A program made the translations under genes and the position numbers. Under the pieces are notes generated by a model. The model was not told the DNA's origin. It ran no database searches and was given only the letters and a program-made list of their open reading frames with translations. This document shows, piece by piece, positions 30,859 to 40,976 of a stretch of 64,000 bases of DNA. The number at the start of each line of letters is the position of its first letter. Position 1 is the first letter of the stretch. Where the stretch lies: assembly GCA_963801355.1 (NCBI GenBank), contig CAWDEM010000004.1, positions 1,536,001-1,600,000 on the forward strand, read 5' to 3'. The DNA is from Ignavibacteriota bacterium. Its GTDB lineage: Bacteria; Bacteroidota; Ignavibacteria; UBA10030; UBA6906.

Positions 30859-31047
30859 ATGAAAGTCCATGAAATAGTCCAAAGGCTGAAACGTAAGCCT
30901 CAGAAGAAGGCCATTACGGCGACTCAGGCCGATGTTGAATATTTTGCCAATCTCTACGCCAAGTATCTGAATCGCCTGGAATCCACTGCCTCGTATGTTC
31001 CGCAGGACGACCCGCCGACCGCAGGAAGAGATGAAGACATTTTCTGA
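30859..31047 (+). CDS. Small hypothetical protein (62 aa), paralogue of 31218-31442
   Basis: AAGGAGG RBS; shared KYLN.L.S.ASYV..DPPT motif. Confidence 0.8.
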   Translation: MKVHEIVQRLKRKPQKKAITATQADVEYFANLYAKYLNRLESTASYVPQDDPPTAGRDEDIF

Positions 31048-31217
31048 AGTCGATGCCAGGAAGGTGCATCCGGGCAAAGAGGCCAGACTGGCGGTCTGAC
31101 AGACCCTACTGATAGCAGCAGGGCCTTAAAGTGTATTCTATTTGCTTTTTTCCATGCGGCCCTTTATCTTCATCCCCCCCAGGGGACCCTGAATTTAGCC
31201 GACATGGAGGTTGGTCA

Positions 31218-31442
31218 ATGGGAGTCCTAGAACTCTGCAAGTGGCTTGAACGTTGCCCTCAAGAGAAAACCCTTGCTGTCACCCGGCAAGAAGCCGAATG
31301 CGCCAGCAAGCTCTGCGACAAGTATCTGAACCACCTACAGTCCATTGCTTCGTATGTTCGAGTGGACCCGCCGACCGAAGAAGAGACTGGATTTCTTGTA
31401 GATGTCATTGCCAGGATGGCGCGTCAAGGCGAGGATATGTAG
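31218..31442 (+). CDS. Small hypothetical protein (74 aa), paralogue of 30859-31047
   Basis: GGAGG RBS; aligns over ~55 aa with the upstream ORF. Confidence 0.8.
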   Translation: MGVLELCKWLERCPQEKTLAVTRQEAECASKLCDKYLNHLQSIASYVRVDPPTEEETGFLVDVIARMARQGEDM

Positions 31443-31519
31443 CCTGCCGGGCAGCAGTTTTCCCGCGTCTTTAAGACCCCCGCACGACACCGGCAGGGGT
31501 GCTGCTTCATCAATATGGA

Positions 31520-33310
31520 TCATTGGAGTAGCAGCATCTTCCTCGACTGCACGAGGCCTCCTGCAGTGAGTCTGTAGATATACACTCCGCTTGCCAGACC
31601 TTTTGCATCGAACTTCACTTCGTAATTACCGGGTTCCTTCGTCTCGTTAGCCAGCATTGCAACCTCCCGCCCCAGCAGGTCATAGACGCCGAGCCTCACC
31701 CTAACTGCTACTGGCAACCGAAAGCCGACCACTGTTGTCGCATTGAACGGATTTGGGTAGTTCTGTGCCAGTGCACAGTCCGATGGAGCTTCGGCTCCAC
31801 GCAGTAACGCCACCGAGACTGTTCCAGGATCAGTACCGGTTTCCAGCCATTGCACAATCCTCGCGTTCTCCGCATCCTGTTGAAGTTCCCATCGGGCGTA
31901 GTCCTCCGGCCACCAGCGGTAGAGGTCGCCGAGTGGGAATCCATTCATACCAGCGTTCACCAGCGTCGGGTTTGTATAGGCCAGGTCTTCCGTGAGGGGC
32001 CAGATTCGCTGCAGGGACAACTCAGGCGCGTAGGCCCAATCTATATCTTCGGCGTCATACCACCGGTAGTACAAGAAGGTCTTGATCTTGGCAGTGTCAC
32101 TCGGAGGGATGTTGAAGTGAGGGTTTGTTGAATCGTAGCACGCACTCCTGTTCATCAACGGGAACAACTTGTGTCCATTTGCATCCGTGGCGTCAAAGAA
32201 GTGAATGGTACGCGCATTCATCATGGGCTGAGGTGCTGGTATATCGTCGAGTTGTCCTGTCTGGCGGTAGTACTCGCTCGCGGGATTCTTGTTCATCCAA
32301 TTCCGGAGCCACGTCTCGATGTAGTAGCTGTTGTTGGCATACAGGATATGTCGATCCTGATCAGCGAAAGGGACGGTATGGTCAAACTGGGACACGCTGT
32401 CAATCCAGATTGTCCCGCCGTACGGATCTGCCCCTGCCAGCGCTGGGATATGCCCGAACATCTGCGTGTTCACGAAGACGCAATTGGTGATCGCGAGTCG
32501 CCTCCACCAGCCGGATTCCAGAGGGAACATCACGACATTGAGGAACGTACAGTGATTGAAATTCACGGAGTCTGCGTAGTTGCCGGACTCCTGTTGGTAC
32601 ACATAGCCGATGTTTGCGAATGTGCAATTCTCGAAAGTCACACTTTCTGAATGCCAGCCCTCACTGCTGAAGGGGAAGGAAAGGGCTCTTCCATAGTAAT
32701 TGAAGTGCTCATCAACACAGTTTCTAAAGTAACAGTCCTTGAAAAAACCCCGGAAGTGCTTTGCGGTTATTCCCACTGCTCCGCTTGCGTTTGCCGGAAT
32801 GCCCGAACGGTCAAAGATGACGCCATCGAACACTGCGACCTGTCCGTTGACCGTATCAGGGGAATCCTCGATCTGCAGACTCACAGACATCCTTTGACCG
32901 TTTGTTCGTGCATACAATAGCCAGAGATTCTTCAGCGTGATGTTGCCAAAGCACCGGAAGTTGAATTGCGGAAAACCCACCGTGTCCGACCACACAAGTT
33001 GAGGCGGTGCTGAATCCTGTGTCTTTCCTGGCTTCTGCGCAATGATGGTCAGGTGCGCTCCTGCAGGGACCGTGATTGTCCCGGTCAGCAGGTAGTAGCC
33101 GTGAGGCTCAAGCCGAAAAACGGTTTTGGAAAGAGTACCTGATGCAGTGACTGTCCTTATTGCTTCGTTGAGATGCCCGATACTCGGCGGGATGTCGCTT
33201 GGCACGTCAACCGTATCCGTCTGGGCGCCGGCTTGGGGCAGAGCCAGGAGACAGAGTGCGACGAGTTGTGCTACGGCAGAACAGTGCTTCAAAATGCGCC
33301 CCTTTCTCAT
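31520..33310 (-). CDS. T9SS-exported protein with beta-helix (pectin lyase-like) region
   Basis: Repeated F.NCTF.N / FNHCTFLN / ITNCVFVN coils; GFPLGDL.WW; LAQNYPNPFN CTD; start uncertain (33310 or 33373). Confidence 0.8.
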   Translation of the reverse strand: MRKGRILKHCSAVAQLVALCLLALPQAGAQTDTVDVPSDIPPSIGHLNEAIRTVTASGTLSKTVFRLEPHGYYLLTGTITVPAGAHLTIIAQKPGKTQDSAPPQLVWSDTVGFPQFNFRCFGNITLKNLWLLYARTNGQRMSVSLQIEDSPDTVNGQVAVFDGVIFDRSGIPANASGAVGITAKHFRGFFKDCYFRNCVDEHFNYYGRALSFPFSSEGWHSESVTFENCTFANIGYVYQQESGNYADSVNFNHCTFLNVVMFPLESGWWRRLAITNCVFVNTQMFGHIPALAGADPYGGTIWIDSVSQFDHTVPFADQDRHILYANNSYYIETWLRNWMNKNPASEYYRQTGQLDDIPAPQPMMNARTIHFFDATDANGHKLFPLMNRSACYDSTNPHFNIPPSDTAKIKTFLYYRWYDAEDIDWAYAPELSLQRIWPLTEDLAYTNPTLVNAGMNGFPLGDLYRWWPEDYARWELQQDAENARIVQWLETGTDPGTVSVALLRGAEAPSDCALAQNYPNPFNATTVVGFRLPVAVRVRLGVYDLLGREVAMLANETKEPGNYEVKFDAKGLASGVYIYRLTAGGLVQSRKMLLLQ

Positions 33311-33425
33311 CCGGGCATTTGAGACAAGAGGAACTACACACGAAACGGACCGGGACTCGGAATCAGAATCCACGAGAATCTACACAGCAGCGTGGTGTAA
33401 GTCAATGTGGCAGCAGAATTTCGGC

Positions 33426-33454
33426 TTGACATTGGCTGGTGGAACCTTTAAAAT
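33426..33454 (+). promoter_or_regulatory. sigma70-like promoter of the S1 protease gene
   Basis: TTGACA-N17-TAAAAT. Confidence 0.6.
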
Positions 33455-33533
33455 CTACTAAATTCCTGATTGTCCGCACTCCACGGATACGCACTCTGCG
33501 TGTCCATCTCGAACTCATCCAGGGAGAACAAAC

Positions 33534-34673
33534 GTGCCGAGAGGACGGACTTTTCTGCTCAGGCTGACAATGATATCGGTATTCATTGTTGCGGCCTTTG
33601 TTTTCATGTTATCAGGGTGCGAAGGAAATCGTGATGAACCTGCGAGTCCGGTATCATCAACGACCTCGATGACCTCCGGCCAGCAGATCCCGTTGTCGAA
33701 GAGTGATTCCCGGATTCTTGCTGCGATGCGTGTGCAGGAAAAACACACGCAACGGCTCATGGCGTCGAGGGACGTTGTCGGAACCGCGGTGGGACTCAAT
33801 GATGCGGGTGATGTTGTGGTGAAGATCTACACGGTCAGGGAAGGTGTCGCAAATCTCCCCGCGAACCTTGATGGCATGAAGGTCGATGTTGAAGTCACGG
33901 GGGTCATTCGCGCGATGGGTAAGCCGATTGGTGGCAGTCGGGTGGACCACAAAGCAATTCAAACCCCGCCGATCCAACTTGGTACTTCTGGCGGGTGGGG
34001 AAATGATCTTGCGAATGGTTACTGCTGCGGAGGAACACTGGGGTCGCTCGTAACTAAGGGCGGAAAACAGTATATCCTCAGCAACTATCATGTTCTTGAA
34101 GCTGACATCGTAATGGGTGGAAACAACCGAGTAGCGGCGAACGGTGATCCGGTGATCCAGCCGGGTTTGATAGATGTGAACTGTGGTGCCAGCAAAGCGC
34201 AAGCCGTGGCCAGTCTTGTTCTCTCCCACAGCCTCCCTAGATCGAACGTAGATGCTGCGATTGCTGAGGTAGTCTCGGGTACGGTCAGTACTGACGGCGC
34301 AATCCTCGAGATTGGCACCATTTCTTCGCAGACCATTACCGCATCACTCAATCAGGCGGTAAAGAAAAGTGGGCGCACGACAGGTCTCTCGCGCAGCACA
34401 ATCTCGGGATTGAATGGCACGGTCTCAGTGACGTATGAGAATGAATGTGCAGGAGGTATGGCATTCACGAAAACATTCACTGGTCAGATTGTCATCGCCA
34501 ACAAAGGAAGCCGATTCTTGAATAGTGGAGACTCCGGCTCATTGATGGTTGAGGACAAAGCGACCAATCCCCGCGCCGTAGGACTTCTGTTTGCCGGTAG
34601 CAGCTCACTTGCGGTCGCAAATCCGATCGATGAAGTACTTAAGTTCCTTGGTGCAACAATGGTGGGTAACTAA
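33534..34673 (+). CDS. Trypsin-like (S1/Nal1-type) serine protease lipoprotein with N-terminal pro-like domain
   Basis: LSGC lipobox; GTLG, LSNYHV (His), VDAAIA (Asp), GDSGS (Ser), VGLLFAGS. Confidence 0.88.
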   Translation: MPRGRTFLLRLTMISVFIVAAFVFMLSGCEGNRDEPASPVSSTTSMTSGQQIPLSKSDSRILAAMRVQEKHTQRLMASRDVVGTAVGLNDAGDVVVKIYTVREGVANLPANLDGMKVDVEVTGVIRAMGKPIGGSRVDHKAIQTPPIQLGTSGGWGNDLANGYCCGGTLGSLVTKGGKQYILSNYHVLEADIVMGGNNRVAANGDPVIQPGLIDVNCGASKAQAVASLVLSHSLPRSNVDAAIAEVVSGTVSTDGAILEIGTISSQTITASLNQAVKKSGRTTGLSRSTISGLNGTVSVTYENECAGGMAFTKTFTGQIVIANKGSRFLNSGDSGSLMVEDKATNPRAVGLLFAGSSSLAVANPIDEVLKFLGATMVGN

Positions 34674-34698
34674 TCTTACAATGCTGCGACTGATCAGC

Positions 34699-34735
34699 CA
34701 CCCACCTTGCACATCTCAGGGTGGGTGTTTTGTTT
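34699..34735 (+). terminator. Intrinsic terminator after the protease gene
   Basis: CACCCACCTTG-cacatct-CAGGGTGGGTG stem followed by TTTTGTTT. Confidence 0.75.
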
Positions 34736-34754
34736 CACGGTTCAGGGATTTAAC

Positions 34755-35099
34755 GTGAAAACAGTGTCGCAGGGAAATGGTGCAGTGATAGTAGTCACCG
34801 TCTGTGTTTCCATGATTGCGATCCAAACGGGGTGTGAGCAAAGCGCGAAGAAAAATGTCCAGACCGAGACTGCACAAACGATGAAAGACATTAATGAAGT
34901 GATCAAGGTGTACGCCGACAGCCTGATGGCTATCCCCGGCGTCGTGGGTCTCTACCACGGTTTGGATGACGATGGAAAGTCATGTCTGAAGGTCATGGTG
35001 AAGGAGAAGACCCCGGAGATCTCAAAACGGATACCAGAGCGGATTGAGGGATTCCCTGTCGTGATTGATGAGACGGGGGAGATCAAGCCAATGAAGTGA
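34755..35099 (+). CDS. Small secreted/lipoprotein homologous to the N-terminal domain of the adjacent protease
   Basis: Hydrophobic N-terminus ending IQTGC; LMAIPGVVG…LKVMV…IPERIEGFPVVIDETGEIKPM aligns to the protease's LMASRDVVG…VKIYT…LPANLDGMKVDVEVTGVIRAM. Confidence 0.78.
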   Translation: MKTVSQGNGAVIVVTVCVSMIAIQTGCEQSAKKNVQTETAQTMKDINEVIKVYADSLMAIPGVVGLYHGLDDDGKSCLKVMVKEKTPEISKRIPERIEGFPVVIDETGEIKPMK

Positions 35100-35204
35100 T
35101 TTTTCTTTTGTTCTCTCATGTCCGGTCAGCAACTGTTGGCCGGGCTTCTTTTTCTCCCCACACAGCCACAGCCTCCGTCACCCGAACGATCTGTAACTCT
35201 GCGA

Positions 35205-37808
35205 TCACTGCGGCGACGGCATTCGCTCATCCTCCGAGAGAAGTGCCTGAAACCGTGGATTGCTCCTGAGCGGGTCGTAGATGGGATCGAGGCGAAGTTC
35301 AGCCTTCGTGAGCACACTGGGGACAGACAAAAGCTGTTCGATTTCGCTAATAGCCTTGGCGTCGTGGCCAAGAATGACGTGAACTTGCATCACGCCGATC
35401 TCGAGTACTTTGCCGCCATTGTTTGAAAATTTCAGCCCACGGTGAAGAACCTCGTTTGCCTCGCGAAGAGCATCCTCACGCTTACCAAGAATGGCGAAGG
35501 CCCTCGCGAGCTGCAAGTGATTAGGTTCCCAGTCGGGCTGCAGTTCTACCAGTTCCGAATACTCTGCTGCCGCTACCAGAGCTTGCTCATTTGCCTTTGC
35601 GTGCTCCCCCATGAATCTGTAGATGTCCGATTTCATGAGAGGGTCCGTCGAAGAGTCCGCATTGCAGAATGCGAGTGCTGCAGCGTACTCTCTCTCGTAA
35701 AGGCGGATCCTGATCTCGCCGCCGGTCAACTTCTCCTGTGTGTTCCTTCGCGTCTCATCCAGCACTTCCTTTGCCCGCGGAAGATCACCTCGACCCAACA
35801 AAGAAGTTGTGAATTTCCAGCTGTAGGAACCTGTCCTGCGTGGTTCAAGTGCAATCACGACGTCGCTCATTCGCTCCGCGTCCGCAAATTGGCGTATGCA
35901 GAAGTACCCCCAGCAGACGAAATTCGCCGACATGAAACTTGGGTCTAGCTCGTAGGCCTTGAGAGTATACCCGAGCCCCTCCTTCTCATATCCTTGGGCT
36001 GTGAGGAGTGCCCCCACCGTAACAAGAAACTCACTGTTGCCGGGCTGGTCATTCAGGGCCAATTGAAACTCGGCGAATGCACGTATTGAATCCGGTTCAG
36101 CATAATAGTAGTATGCACCTTTGGCTTGATGGATTTCGGGAAGATCCGGCTCAAGGGCTTTGGCTTTCTCAAGGGCGGCCCTCGCCTGATTCATTCGTTC
36201 GGCGGAGCGCACTTGTTCAAAGAACATCTGCTCACATCGCACCAGCGAAAGCTTCGCCCAGGCTATCGCGAATTTGGGGTCAAGCGCGACAGCTTTCTCG
36301 AGCAACTCGGCTGCCCGGCTGTCTTCCTCCTTCGATTGGGCAATCATCCAAGTGCGGTTCCCCATCAGGTAATAGTCATACGCTTCTGTGTTTTCTGTGG
36401 GCTTGCGCCCGATGAGCAACTTTTCACGCGGAGTCAGGTTTGCCCTCAGTTCGGATGCAATCTTTTCTGAAATTTCACTCTGAATGGCAAAAATATCTCC
36501 GTACGGCTTCTCATATGTGTCTGCCCAGATGTGATTCTCACTCTGCGCGTCAATCAGCTGCACCTGAATGCGTATGCGCCCCCCTGCCTTCTGGACGCTC
36601 CCTTCCATCAGATAGTTCACCCCCAGCTCCTGACCGATCTGCCTCATAGTCTTCCTGGTGTCGCGGTACTGCAGAACGCTGGTCTGCGCCTTTACTTTGA
36701 TCTCCTTGATCCTGGTAAGATGCGTCAGGATCTCACCATGAATACCGTCGGCAAACGTCTGATCATCCTCTGTCTTGCTAGGCGTATTCAGAGGGAGCAC
36801 TGCGATGGATCTTTCTCCCGCTGGCAGGTTGTCGACATATCGCACTTTCGCAAACCACGCCGCAGTGACAATCAGCGCAACGACAAGCAGAATGCCGAGA
36901 AGGAGAGGTACCGGTCGTTTCCACAATGATGATCTCATCACGGCATGCGCTGAGTCAGGCACAATGGGACCGGCTGTTGATCCGGATTCCTTCGTGAGCT
37001 TCCGCAGAGCAACCAGAATTTCATTCACATGTTGAAAGCGCTCCTGCGGCTGCTTTGCCAGCGCCTTGTCGACAATCCGTTCCGCGTCCATCGGGATTCC
37101 GGTGCGCAGGCCGGTGATGGGAGCCGGCTCAGCATTGAGAATGGAATAGAACACGGCGTTCTCATATTCCGCCACAAACGGGCGCTTGCCGGAAAGCATC
37201 TCGTAAAGAAGGGCTCCCAGGGACCAGATATCGGTTCTGTGGTCGGCTGATTCACCCCGCACCTGCTCGGGCGACATGTATGCTGCCGTGCCGAGCGTGG
37301 AGCCCGTCTTTGTGAGCATCGTCTGGCCGGAGAGTTTTGCCAGTCCGAAGTCCACAATCTTGGCCACACCGTCCGACGTGACCATGATATTTGCCGGTTT
37401 GATGTCGCGATGCACGATGCCGTGGTCATGCGCTTTGGCCAGACCCTGCGCCACCTGGAGGGCAATATCGATCGCATCTTCGAACTTGAGCGGACCGCGC
37501 TCTATCTTCTTCTTGAGCGTTTCGCCTTCAAGGTATTCCATGCTTATGAACATCTGTCCGTCGGGAGTTTCGTCGATGTCGTAGACGACGCAGATGTTGT
37601 TGTGCTGAAGCGCCGAGGCTGCTTTCGCCTCATGGATGAAGCGCTGTTTCGCATCGGGATCGCGTGTCAGGTCGGGTGGCAGAAACTTGAGGGCTACGAA
37701 GCGATCGAGCTTGAGGTCTTGGGCTTTGTACACCACACCCATGCCCCCCCCACCGAGGTGCTCGAGGATCTTGTAATGAGAGACCGTCTGACCGATGAGG
37801 GTAGCCAT
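35205..37808 (-). CDS. Ser/Thr protein kinase + TM + TolB-like domain + TPR repeats
   Basis: [36 protein letters not shown]; SIAVLP…EGSVQ…LIDA…IWAD.Y; TPRs; DP.YDPLR.NPRF end; AGGA RBS before ATG 37808. Confidence 0.95.
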   Translation of the reverse strand: MATLIGQTVSHYKILEHLGGGGMGVVYKAQDLKLDRFVALKFLPPDLTRDPDAKQRFIHEAKAASALQHNNICVVYDIDETPDGQMFISMEYLEGETLKKKIERGPLKFEDAIDIALQVAQGLAKAHDHGIVHRDIKPANIMVTSDGVAKIVDFGLAKLSGQTMLTKTGSTLGTAAYMSPEQVRGESADHRTDIWSLGALLYEMLSGKRPFVAEYENAVFYSILNAEPAPITGLRTGIPMDAERIVDKALAKQPQERFQHVNEILVALRKLTKESGSTAGPIVPDSAHAVMRSSLWKRPVPLLLGILLVVALIVTAAWFAKVRYVDNLPAGERSIAVLPLNTPSKTEDDQTFADGIHGEILTHLTRIKEIKVKAQTSVLQYRDTRKTMRQIGQELGVNYLMEGSVQKAGGRIRIQVQLIDAQSENHIWADTYEKPYGDIFAIQSEISEKIASELRANLTPREKLLIGRKPTENTEAYDYYLMGNRTWMIAQSKEEDSRAAELLEKAVALDPKFAIAWAKLSLVRCEQMFFEQVRSAERMNQARAALEKAKALEPDLPEIHQAKGAYYYYAEPDSIRAFAEFQLALNDQPGNSEFLVTVGALLTAQGYEKEGLGYTLKAYELDPSFMSANFVCWGYFCIRQFADAERMSDVVIALEPRRTGSYSWKFTTSLLGRGDLPRAKEVLDETRRNTQEKLTGGEIRIRLYEREYAAALAFCNADSSTDPLMKSDIYRFMGEHAKANEQALVAAAEYSELVELQPDWEPNHLQLARAFAILGKREDALREANEVLHRGLKFSNNGGKVLEIGVMQVHVILGHDAKAISEIEQLLSVPSVLTKAELRLDPIYDPLRSNPRFQALLSEDERMPSPQ

Positions 37809-37894
37809 GACAGTTCCTGTAGGAGGGAGAACGGCAGCAAGATACACCTGGCCGCGATGAGAGTCAAATTGCCCATAAGGTGGGGAGGGGACTG

Positions 37895-37956
37895 GATCCA
37901 AGAGAATCAGATCCAAGAGAATCAGATCCAAGAGAATCAGATCCAAGAGAATCAGA
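37895..37956. repeat. Perfect 15-bp tandem repeat (GATCCAAGAGAATCA) x4
   Basis: Four exact copies at 37895, 37910, 37925 and 37940 plus GA. Confidence 0.95.
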
Positions 37957-37966
37957 CTTTCAGGAA

Positions 37967-37995
37967 TTGACAATCCTGGTGGGGGGTATTATATT
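37967..37995 (+). promoter_or_regulatory. sigma70-like promoter immediately downstream of the tandem repeat
   Basis: TTGACA-N17-TATATT. Confidence 0.6.
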
Positions 37996-38259
37996 CTGGC
38001 CACATAGGTCTCCCTGCGGTGGACGGGGCGGTTGCCGTGTGGGACCTGAGAGCGCAAGTCCGATTCTTGCTCCTGCTCTTACACTCCCATCTCTCCTACG
38101 GATTCCCTGAGCATCCCATCAACCACAACTCGCCGAGCACGAGTCGTCATGGGTATTACCATGCACGGGCGCTGCCGGTCAGACGGAGGGCTCCAAGGTG
38201 CCTCGTTTCAGCAAGGGTTGCATCATTCCCTGAAACACCACTCTACAAGGAGAAAGATC

Positions 38260-38331
38260 ATGAGAGATGCGTCTGCATCTTTGATGATAGTCTTTTGCAT
38301 AGCGCTCATGGGCTGTGCGAGTCGACAATGA
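38260..38331 (+). pseudogene. Lipoprotein signal-peptide-only ORF (23 aa): truncated gene or mini-lipopeptide
   Basis: AAGGAG RBS; MRDASASLMIVFCIALMGCASRQ* with LMGC lipobox followed by only 4 residues. Confidence 0.45.
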
Positions 38332-38439
38332 CACCCTGATTCAGATCGGCCCGCGGAGGATAGGAAAGTTTCAGGATGAGAGATGGGAACAATACGAGGT
38401 CTGGGAAAGAATGAAATAAGGGAGCAAAAGGAGGACACA

Positions 38440-40488
38440 ATGACGATTTCACGTGTGTGTCTCGCATTTGCTATTGCCCTTCTTTGTCATCATGCACCGG
38501 CTCAGTGGGTGCAAACAAATGGCCCTGAGGGGGGACCCGCGAGGGGCGTGGCCGCCCAGGGACGGTACCTCTTTGCAGGTATGTACGAAGGCGGTGTCTA
38601 TAGGTCCACAGATAACGGGGGAACCTGGAGTCAGCCCGTAGCGGGTCGGCCCTCAATATTCATCTATACCCTTAACATCATCGGGTCGAAGCTGTTTGCG
38701 GGAGGTCTTGGGGGCATCTTCGCATCCACCGACAGCGGCGTGACATGGAATTCATCTCAGACCGGCCTGTCGGGAGAAGTCCATGCCATGGTAGCCAGCG
38801 GTACGAATCTGTTTGCTGGCACGTATAGCGGCGTGTACCTCTCGACAGATGACGGCGCGACGTGGACGAAGGCCGCAACCGGTCTGACCAACACGAAAGT
38901 AACTGCTCTGGTTGTCAAAGGCACTGACCTCTTTGCCGGCACTCAAGGGGGCCTGTTCCGCTCTACTGACCAGGGTGCAAACTGGCTGGATGCTGAATCC
39001 GGTATCACGAACACCAATATCAATGCCCTCGCGGTCAGTGGCTCGATCATCTTCGCCGGGTCGTACGGCGGTGTCTTTAAGACGACCAACAACGGGGTGA
39101 CTTGGTCAGCGGCAAACACCGGTCTTTCCTCCCTGGCAGTGATGTCGCTTGCGGTAAGTGGCTCAGGGTTGTTCGCAGGGATATCTTCGGGAAGCATCTT
39201 CGTTTCGACAAACAGCGGAGGTAGCTGGGCTGCCACCGGCACCGGATTGCCCAGCTCGACGCCGTGGGGTCTCGTTTCGATTCTCTCTTCTCTGTACGTG
39301 TGCAACGAGGGGGGCGTATTCCGCTCCACGGACAATGGAGCGAACTGGGCTGTCTTGAATCGGGGCTTCCTGCATCAGACTACGCAGGCCTTCGCTGTCA
39401 TCGGCACGACGCTCTTTGCCGGAGCCTTTGGAGGTGTCTTCCGCACCACGAATGACGGAGACATTTGGACACGGGTAAACACAGGCTTAGTGAACACGGG
39501 TGTTTATTCGCTGATAGCAAACGGCGGTGAGTTGTTTGCAGGGTGTGTCCCCGGCGTGTATCGGTCCACCAACAGCGGCGACAACTGGACGTACGCCGGG
39601 ACCGGTCTCGCGGGCCCGAACGTGTTCAGCCTTCTTTTCAAGGGGTCATCTCTCTTCGCGGCAACAGCCGACGGAGTGGGGCTCTCGACCAACCGCGGAA
39701 CCTCATGGACGATGCTGGACGCCGGCCTCCCGAGCTCCAGTGCATTCTCGCTCGCCATCATCGGGAACACACTTTTCGCCGGCACAGGGAGCGGTCTCTT
39801 TCACAGCACAGACGATGGCGGCCACTGGATCGCCGATACGGCAAGCCTTCCTGCGAAGCCGATCTATTGTCTTCTCTTAAGCAAGACTACGCTGTTGGCG
39901 GCAGCGTACGCCGTCGGCATGTACGCCTCCAAGGATTCGGGAAAGACCTGGACCCTTAGCAACACCGGCATCACCAACACCGCGTTCCTCTCAATTGCCG
40001 GAACCGGGAGCAATGTATTTGTCGGATCCACGGGCGGGCTGTTTCTGTCGACAAACAACGGAGCAACGTGGGAAAGTGCGAAGGGCACACTGCCCAGCGG
40101 GTATACTACCGGTCTGGGCATCAAAGGTCAGTACGTCTTTGCCGGTTTGTTCCGGAAGAGTGTCTTTCGACGGCCGCTCTCCGACATGATTGTTGAAGTC
40201 TGCGAGGCAAGGGACAAAGGGGTCAGGGAATTCGTGCTCGAGCGGAACTACCCCAACCCCTTCAATCCTGCGACCACTATCCGCTACGGCCTGCCCAATC
40301 GTACGCACGTGACGCTCACTGTCTTCAACACTCTCGGTCAGCAGATTACCTTTCTCCAGAATGGGGAGCAGGATGCCGGGTATCACGAGGCCAAGTTCGA
40401 GGGGAGCGGTCTCTCAAGCGGCGTGTACTACTACAGGATGGAAGCGGGATCGTATGTGGAAACGAAGAAGCTTTTGCTGGTTCGTTAG
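38440..40488 (+). CDS. T9SS-exported BNR/Asp-box beta-propeller repeat protein
   Basis: About 14 repeats of LFAG..GGV..ST.NG..W….GL; LERNYPNPFNPAT CTD; AAGGAGG RBS. Confidence 0.92.
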   Translation: MTISRVCLAFAIALLCHHAPAQWVQTNGPEGGPARGVAAQGRYLFAGMYEGGVYRSTDNGGTWSQPVAGRPSIFIYTLNIIGSKLFAGGLGGIFASTDSGVTWNSSQTGLSGEVHAMVASGTNLFAGTYSGVYLSTDDGATWTKAATGLTNTKVTALVVKGTDLFAGTQGGLFRSTDQGANWLDAESGITNTNINALAVSGSIIFAGSYGGVFKTTNNGVTWSAANTGLSSLAVMSLAVSGSGLFAGISSGSIFVSTNSGGSWAATGTGLPSSTPWGLVSILSSLYVCNEGGVFRSTDNGANWAVLNRGFLHQTTQAFAVIGTTLFAGAFGGVFRTTNDGDIWTRVNTGLVNTGVYSLIANGGELFAGCVPGVYRSTNSGDNWTYAGTGLAGPNVFSLLFKGSSLFAATADGVGLSTNRGTSWTMLDAGLPSSSAFSLAIIGNTLFAGTGSGLFHSTDDGGHWIADTASLPAKPIYCLLLSKTTLLAAAYAVGMYASKDSGKTWTLSNTGITNTAFLSIAGTGSNVFVGSTGGLFLSTNNGATWESAKGTLPSGYTTGLGIKGQYVFAGLFRKSVFRRPLSDMIVEVCEARDKGVREFVLERNYPNPFNPATTIRYGLPNRTHVTLTVFNTLGQQITFLQNGEQDAGYHEAKFEGSGLSSGVYYYRMEAGSYVETKKLLLVR

Positions 40489-40513
40489 CGGTGCCATCTG
40501 ATGAGATGAAGAC

Positions 40514-40541
40514 GAGGCTCGGGATTACTTCCGGGCCTTTT
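40514..40541 (+). terminator. Intrinsic terminator
   Basis: AGGCTCGGGA-ttac-TTCCGGGCCT followed by TTT. Confidence 0.6.
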
Positions 40542-40976
40542 CCTTATTTCACGCGCCACCCCTCATTTCCGAAAATCAAGCACAGAAATCGGCTTCTGGA
40601 CTCTCTCAACAAGAGCACCCTTGATGAAGGAGCTGCTCCGGGAGAGGGGCGAGATGACCATCCTGAAAGACGTAAAATGCCTGGATCAGGAACATAATCA
40701 GTATATGCAAGATCTGAAGAGCATGGGCCACTCGGACTAAATCGGTGGACCGATGTCATCGTATCGCGAAAAACCACGAGACCTGGTTGGGTTTTGGCAA
40801 ATTATTGTCAAGGGAACCAATAATATTCGAAGTCAGTTATAGATACCATGCGGTAGTCCACTTGGGGTCATTGGAGGAGAAGCAGATTCCGGGATCTTTC
40901 ATCAGGTGTTAGAGAGAAGGTTTCTGGTACCTAATCCATATCACAATTGCAGAACCCATCATAAAGGAGACTCACT

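Noticed and set aside
37744-37751. G8 tract in the kinase gene as a phase-variation switch
   Set aside because: It is explained by Gly codons of the P-loop and the gene is in frame
37895-37956. CRISPR array
   Set aside because: The repeats are directly adjacent with no spacers, and there are no cas genes in the window
37809-37973. N-terminal extension (LDLIL repeats) of the kinase ORF
   Set aside because: It is produced by the tandem repeat; the paralogue and the RBS place the start at 37808
40545-40960. Possible gene remnant in the AT-richer gap
   Set aside because: Only short frames, with no recognisable motif
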